From: a bacterium
GTDB taxonomy: Bacteria; Krumholzibacteriota; Krumholzibacteriia; LZORAL124-64-63
Length of the DNA stretch: 64,000 nt
NCBI GenBank assembly: GCA_016712675.1
Contig: JADJQR010000001.1
Coordinates: 2,063,737-2,127,736, forward strand
Direction: 5' to 3'
Of the stretch, positions 59,458 to 64,000 are shown piece by piece. Under the pieces are notes generated by a model. The model did no database searches and had not been told where the DNA came from. It saw only the letters and a list, made by a program, of their open reading frames with translations. The position numbers and the translations under genes are program-made. Position 1 is the first letter of the stretch, and the number at the start of each line of letters is the position of its first letter.

Positions 59458-61116
59458 ATGAATGCTCCCGCTGGACTCGCGCCCGAGATGAGCGCGATGG
59501 TGCTGCAGACTCTGCGTCAGGTCGTCGGACGCGAACTGACCGACCACCGCATCATGGAAATGGACGAGCAGGACGCCTTCCCGACGGAGCTGATCCAGAA
59601 GCTCCTCTCGCCCGATGTGGGCCTGCACCTGATCTTCCTGCCGGAGGACTGCGGTGGGCTGGGCGGCGGCGCGCGTGATATCTGCCGCATCAGCGAGGAG
59701 ATGGCGGCGTGGGACCTGGGCGTGGCCACCGCCTTCCTGGCGATCTGCCTGGGTACGGACCCGATCCTTGTGGGCGGCACGACGGAGCAGAAGCAGCGCT
59801 GGTTGACGCGCATCGCGGCCGAAGGCCTGATCGTCGCCTATGGCGTCACCGAACCGGAGGCGGGTAGCAACGTCGCCTCGCTCAAGACGACGGCCGACCC
59901 CGTGGTGGATGCGAGCGGGAACGTGACGGGCTACCGCCTGAATGGCGCCAAGCAGTTCATTACCAACGGCGGTGTGGCGGACCTCTACACCATCCTGGCG
60001 AAGACTCCCGGGGGCCCCAGCTTTTTCGCGGTCGAGAAGGGGACACCTGGCCTGGGGGTCGGCAAGAAAGAGGAGAAGCACGGCATCCGCGCCTCCAATA
60101 CGACGGGCGTGCTGCTGGAAGACGTGGTGGTGCCGGTTGACCACCTGATCGGCGGCGTGGAGGGCCAGGGCCTCAAGCAGGCGAACGCCGTCTTCGGCTA
60201 CACGCGGCTGATGGTGGGTGCCTTCGGCCTGGGCGGGGGGCAGGCGCCGCTGCGGCGCGCGCTGGCCTACGGGAAGACCCGCGAGCAGTTCGGTTCGCCG
60301 CTTGTCGAGAAGGAAGGCTACCTTCTGAAGCTGCTGGTCGAACCGTGGGTGGACCTGGCCGCCGGCCGGGCGTACATGGAGCAGACAGCGCTGCGTATCG
60401 ACGGGGGCCAGACCGAGCTGACGACAGAGGGCTCTATCGCCAAGTATTGGTGCACCGAGGCGGGCAATCGCGCCGCGGACGCGGCCATCCAGGCGCTCGG
60501 CGGCTACGGCTACGCCCGCGAGTACGTTGTCGAGAAGATGCGCCGCGACGTTCGCATCACGACTATCTACGAGGGCACGAACGAGATCCAGCAGAGCATC
60601 ATCTCGATGTTCCGCTGGAAGGAGACGGTGCGCTCCAAGGGAGCGTTCTATGGCGAGGCCGCCGCGGCGCTGGACGCGCTCGCGGCCCGCGACGGCACGG
60701 TCGGCGCCGACCTTGCCGCAGCCACCCTGCGCGCATTGAACGAGACCGTTCTGGCCATGCACCAGGCCAAGCTGACGCGCAGCCAGATGGTGATGTTCAC
60801 GTTTGCCGACATGATGACCGTGGCCGAGGTCTGTGCGGCCTTCGCGGCGCGTGCCGTGCGCGGCGAACCGGACGCGTTCCTGCCGCAGAGTGCGGTGGCG
60901 CCGATGAGCAGGGCCTTTGCGCGCAAGGCGGCGCGCCAGGTCCGCCAGGGCGCCGAGCTCTGCGCCGGCTGCCTTCTTGCCGACGGGCAGCCGGGGTCGG
61001 CGGACGCTGGCCGTGCCCTCCTGGCGCAAGTGGACGAGCTGTTGCCAACGGCGGCGACAGCCGGTCTGTGGGACGACATGAACGTGGTGGGTGCCGCGCT
61101 CAAGGCGCTCGCGTGA
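59458..61116 (+). CDS. acyl-CoA dehydrogenase family protein
   Basis: YGVTEPEAGSNVASL...GAKQFITNGG...IYEGTNEIQ; AAAGAGGAA upstream. Confidence 0.85.
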   Translation: MNAPAGLAPEMSAMVLQTLRQVVGRELTDHRIMEMDEQDAFPTELIQKLLSPDVGLHLIFLPEDCGGLGGGARDICRISEEMAAWDLGVATAFLAICLGTDPILVGGTTEQKQRWLTRIAAEGLIVAYGVTEPEAGSNVASLKTTADPVVDASGNVTGYRLNGAKQFITNGGVADLYTILAKTPGGPSFFAVEKGTPGLGVGKKEEKHGIRASNTTGVLLEDVVVPVDHLIGGVEGQGLKQANAVFGYTRLMVGAFGLGGGQAPLRRALAYGKTREQFGSPLVEKEGYLLKLLVEPWVDLAAGRAYMEQTALRIDGGQTELTTEGSIAKYWCTEAGNRAADAAIQALGGYGYAREYVVEKMRRDVRITTIYEGTNEIQQSIISMFRWKETVRSKGAFYGEAAAALDALAARDGTVGADLAAATLRALNETVLAMHQAKLTRSQMVMFTFADMMTVAEVCAAFAARAVRGEPDAFLPQSAVAPMSRAFARKAARQVRQGAELCAGCLLADGQPGSADAGRALLAQVDELLPTAATAGLWDDMNVVGAALKALA

Positions 61117-61127
61117 GGACGGGCCCG

Positions 61128-61871
61128 GTGTCCGATCTCGAGGACAGGATTTCCGAGTGCCGCCGGCGCTGGACCGCGTCGCCCGAATCGCGGGCGTTCA
61201 TCCCCTTGGCGGACGCGCTGCGCCAGGCCGGGCTCTGCGACGAGGCTCTGGCGGTGCTCGAAAAGGGCCTGACCCTGCATCCGCGTGCCCTGGGCGGACT
61301 GGTGACGCTCGCCCGTACCCTGTCGGCGGCGGGCCGGGCGGAGCGCGCGGCTACCGTCGCGTCGCGCATCCTCGAGCAGGATCCGGACAACCTCGTCGCG
61401 CTCGAGATGTTGGGTGAGGACGAACGGAGGCGTGGGGACACGACTTCGGCGATCGGCTATTACGAACGATTGGCTCAACTGGAGCCGGGCGATCGTCACT
61501 GGAGCGCCATCCTGGCGGGACTGCGCGCCCAGCGGGATACCGGCCCGGACGAGAGCGGTGACCCCGACGCCGGGCTGGTGACGCTGACGTTGGTGGACCT
61601 CTACCTGGCGCAAGGATACCGCCTGAAGGCGGAGGCCATGCTCCGGCGATTGGCCGCGGCCCGCCCGGACGACCCCGCCCTCAGCCAGCGGCTGGCCCAG
61701 TTCGAGGCCGAACGGTCGCCGGTGGCGGATCTGGGGTCGATCGCGGCTGTTCCGGTGCTGCCGGCACCGCCAACGGTCGCACCGGCGAGCGCCGCCAGGC
61801 GGGAGCAGTCACGGGAGCAGTTCGCGTCGTGGATCGAGCGCCTCCGGGCCGAACGCGGAGCTGCCCCGTGA
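61128..61871 (+). CDS. TPR-repeat protein
   Basis: TPR-like helices (AIGYYERLAQLEPGDRH, AEAMLRRLAAARPDDPALSQRLAQ); GTG start in frame with track ORF 60345. Confidence 0.55.
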   Translation: MSDLEDRISECRRRWTASPESRAFIPLADALRQAGLCDEALAVLEKGLTLHPRALGGLVTLARTLSAAGRAERAATVASRILEQDPDNLVALEMLGEDERRRGDTTSAIGYYERLAQLEPGDRHWSAILAGLRAQRDTGPDESGDPDAGLVTLTLVDLYLAQGYRLKAEAMLRRLAAARPDDPALSQRLAQFEAERSPVADLGSIAAVPVLPAPPTVAPASAARREQSREQFASWIERLRAERGAAP

Positions 61872-62311
61872 GCCGACCCCGTGTCCATGTCCTGAACGGT
61901 CCCAACCTGTCGCGCCTTGGGCGGCGCGAGCCGGAGGTCTACGGCACGACGACGCTGGCCGAACTGGCTGCCCTGTGTGGTGGTTGGGCGGACGGACTCG
62001 GCCTGGACCTGGTATTCGAGCAGTGCGAAGGCGAAGGCGAACTGGTCGCGCTCATTCACCGGGCCGGTGATCAGGCCGCGGGCCTGATCCTCAATGCCGC
62101 GGCCTACACGCACACGTCGGTGGCGGTCCGGGATGCTGTCTGCGCGATCGCGATCCCGGTGGTGGAGGTTCATCTGAGCAATCCCGCCGCGCGCGAGCCG
62201 TTCCGGCGCCGAAACCTCTTGGAGGACGTCGTTTACGCGGGTGTCCGGGGCTTCGGAACCGAGGGCTATCGGCTGGCGTTGGAGGGCCTGGCGGCTCGCT
62301 TGCGGGACTGA
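61868..62311 (+). CDS. aroQ: type II 3-dehydroquinate dehydratase
   Basis: VHVLNGPNLSRLGRREPEVYG...EGELVALIH...NAAAYTHTSVA...EVHLSNP. Confidence 0.85.
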   Translation: MSRPRVHVLNGPNLSRLGRREPEVYGTTTLAELAALCGGWADGLGLDLVFEQCEGEGELVALIHRAGDQAAGLILNAAAYTHTSVAVRDAVCAIAIPVVEVHLSNPAAREPFRRRNLLEDVVYAGVRGFGTEGYRLALEGLAARLRD

Positions 62312-62466
62312 TCCGATGGGTGGTGGGGTCCGCAACGGGCATTGCCTAGACGCAGGGCGCATGTTATCAATACCGGGTTGGCCCATGATGGACCCGGGCG
62401 GTGCGGCCGCTCAAGGGGGCCCCCGAACCCGGCCCCTACCCCAGGGACACCGAAGCGAGGACGGCA

Positions 62467-63024
62467 GTGGCGGATACCAGTGACTTTCGTACGGGCTTCA
62501 CGTTGCGGTTCAAGGAACAGCTCTGGTCGATCGTCGACTTCCAGCACGTGAAGCCGGGCAAGGGCGGCGCCTTCGTGCGCACCAAGCTCAAGAACATCAA
62601 GAACGGCAAGGTGGTGGAGGAGACCTTCCGCGCGGGCGAGAAGGTGGATGAAGTCCGCCTGGAACGTCGGGAGTTCCAGTACCTTTACCCCGACGGCGAC
62701 TTCCTGGTCTTCATGAACAAGGAGACCTATGATCAGATGCAGTTGCACCGGGATGGCCTGGGCGACCTCCTGCTGTACCTGAAGGAGAGCGAAACCTGCA
62801 CGATGCTCCTGGAAGAGGAGACCCCGCTGACGGTCGAGCCTCCGTTCACCGTCGAGTTGGCCGTGCAGACGACGGACCCCGGGCTGCGTGGTGACACCGC
62901 GCAAGGTGGCTCCAAGCCGGCAACCATGGAAACCGGCCTGGTGGTCCAGGTCCCGCTTTTCATCGAGGAAGGCCAGGTCCTGAAGATCGACACGCGGACC
63001 GGCAAGTACTTGGGACGCGTCTGA
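62467..63024 (+). CDS. efp: elongation factor P (Lys-type, PGKGGA loop)
   Basis: FRTGFTLRFKEQLWSIVDFQHVKPGKGGAFVRTKLKN; GTG start. Confidence 0.9.
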   Translation: MADTSDFRTGFTLRFKEQLWSIVDFQHVKPGKGGAFVRTKLKNIKNGKVVEETFRAGEKVDEVRLERREFQYLYPDGDFLVFMNKETYDQMQLHRDGLGDLLLYLKESETCTMLLEEETPLTVEPPFTVELAVQTTDPGLRGDTAQGGSKPATMETGLVVQVPLFIEEGQVLKIDTRTGKYLGRV

Positions 63025-63051
63025 GACCCCGCGCGCACCGGAGGCGAACGC

Positions 63052-63540
63052 ATGGATATCGATAAAGTCCGGGAACTGGTGAAACTGGTCGAGCAGAGCG
63101 GCATCGAGGAACTGGAGATCGTCAACAAGGACACGACGATCCGCATCCAGAAGTCGCCCGCCGCCGCCGTCGGGGCTCCGGCCTTCGCCCCGGCCGCCGC
63201 GCCGGTTGCCGCCGCCCTAATGGCGGCGCCGCCTGCGCCGTCTGCCGCTGCGGCCGGCACGGTTGCCGTGCCGCCGCCACCGGATGCGGCCAGGGCGCGC
63301 TGGAAGGAGCAGCGATCACCGATCGTCGGGACCTTCTACAGTGCGGCCTCGCCCACCAGCCCGGCGTTCGTGAACGTGGGCGACCGGGTCAAGCGCGGTC
63401 AGCCCCTCTGCATCATCGAAGCCATGAAAGTCATGAACGAGATCGAGGCCGAGCTGGACGGGACGATCCGCGAGATCCTGGTCGAGAACGGCAGCCCGGT
63501 GGAGGCGGAAGCCGTTCTGTTCCTGGTCGATCCCGACTGA
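63052..63540 (+). CDS. accB: biotin carboxyl carrier protein of acetyl-CoA carboxylase
   Basis: Ala/Pro linker and the biotinyl motif [14 protein letters not shown]. Confidence 0.85.
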   Translation: MDIDKVRELVKLVEQSGIEELEIVNKDTTIRIQKSPAAAVGAPAFAPAAAPVAAALMAAPPAPSAAAAGTVAVPPPPDAARARWKEQRSPIVGTFYSAASPTSPAFVNVGDRVKRGQPLCIIEAMKVMNEIEAELDGTIREILVENGSPVEAEAVLFLVDPD

Positions 63541-63758
63541 GGCGCGCCCGCGGTGGTGCCGGCCCCGGCGCGGACCCCGCGCCCGGATGAATGCCCGGTG
63601 GCCCGTTTCCCGACCCGGGAGGCGGGCTGCCGTGTTTCCGCCGCCCGCGACGTTGAACAGCGTTCAAGTCCGGTCCACTCCTGCCGAAACCCGTGCGGAG
63701 AGCTACCAGCCGTCCGGCCGGACGCCGGCGCGGCCCTCTTTGGCAGGAGCGGGCCCAA

Positions 63759-64000
63759 TGTTGGACATCAAGCGGATCTTGAAGGAAATGATCGCCCGCG
63801 GGGCCAGCGACCTGCACCTGAAGGTCGCGTCCCCGCCCGTGTTCCGGATCAACGGCACCCTGGTGTTCGGGGACTACGAGGCCCCGAACGTGCAGGACAT
63901 GGCCGCCGTGTGCCAGCAGATCCTGGCCCCGGCCCAGCGCGAGCAGTTCGAGGCCACCAAGGAGATCGACTTCGCGTTCGGCGTGCCCGGCGTGGCCCGG
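63759..64000 (+). CDS. pilT: type IV pilus retraction ATPase PilT (5' partial; runs off the window)
   Basis: MLDIKRILKEMIARGASDLHLKVASPPVFRINGTL. Confidence 0.8.

Overview
This 64 kb window is about 70 % GC and reads as an ordinary bacterial chromosome segment with very high coding density. I found no transposase, integrase, CRISPR array, tRNA or rRNA. About 60 of 62 credible genes sit on the + strand; only ppiD and a Hint-type HIT gene are on the - strand. Gene order, with my calls:

- **Chemosensory cluster:** a CheA with a fused C-terminal receiver, then CheW, then an MCP whose periplasmic sensor carries a c-type haem CXXCH motif, then CheB and CheR.
- **groES-groEL**, preceded by a promoter and a CIRCE-like operator.
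- **A family-1 glycosyltransferase** translationally coupled to a complete selenium-dependent molybdenum hydroxylase maturation set (YqeC, YgfJ/MocA-like, XdhC, YqeB/EF2563). No hydroxylase or selD is in the window.
- **Housekeeping run:** TPR lipoprotein, dapL, folB, folK, a deoxynucleoside kinase, panB, panC, a GlmU-N-domain-only nucleotidyltransferase, a HIT protein, DUF4321 and tatA.
- **MrfA/MrfB-like (YprA/YprB-like) pair:** a DExH helicase with a DUF1998 zinc ribbon and a DEDD exonuclease, plus a coupled third small gene.
- **ppiD** (- strand) and a **DUF212/PAP2-like** gene (+ strand).
- **ParA/Soj-type ATPase fused to a CBM48 (AMPK-beta-like glycogen-binding) domain**, followed by an Ala-rich orphan.
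- **Envelope glycan genes:** an O-antigen-ligase-family protein, a second GT1, a WecA-like initiating transferase, a methyltransferase and a secreted orphan.
- **A 1611-aa gingipain-family (C25) protease** with FG-GAP repeats and a T9SS C-terminal sorting domain. It sits behind a near-consensus sigma70 promoter in an AT-rich island, with a ~250-nt leader.
- **A family-5 substrate-binding lipoprotein** and a putative Zn-metalloprotease lipoprotein.
- **hint (- strand), lexA, hsp20, lon.**
- **An LPS inner-core block:** four GT9 heptosyltransferases and gmhB, then DUF3108, a GT39/ArnT-like protein, a polyprenyl-phosphate sugar transferase and acpS.
- **phzF-like, an acyl-CoA dehydrogenase, a TPR protein, aroQ, efp, accB and the start of pilT.**

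The T9SS sorting domain, the DapL pathway, the Frz-like CheA-receiver fusion and the GC content suggest a high-GC lineage near the FCB group (Gemmatimonadota- or Eisenbacteria-like). That placement is inference.

The most novel-looking item is the ParA-CBM48 fusion with its downstream orphan, a possible polysaccharide or granule positioning module. After that come the orphan SDMH maturation cassette, the haem-c chemoreceptor system, the three-gene MrfAB-like operon, and the O-antigen-ligase/WecA module next to a gingipain-family T9SS cargo.

All domain calls are from motif recognition by eye; no database search was possible. Hand-counted coordinates may be off by 1-2 nt.
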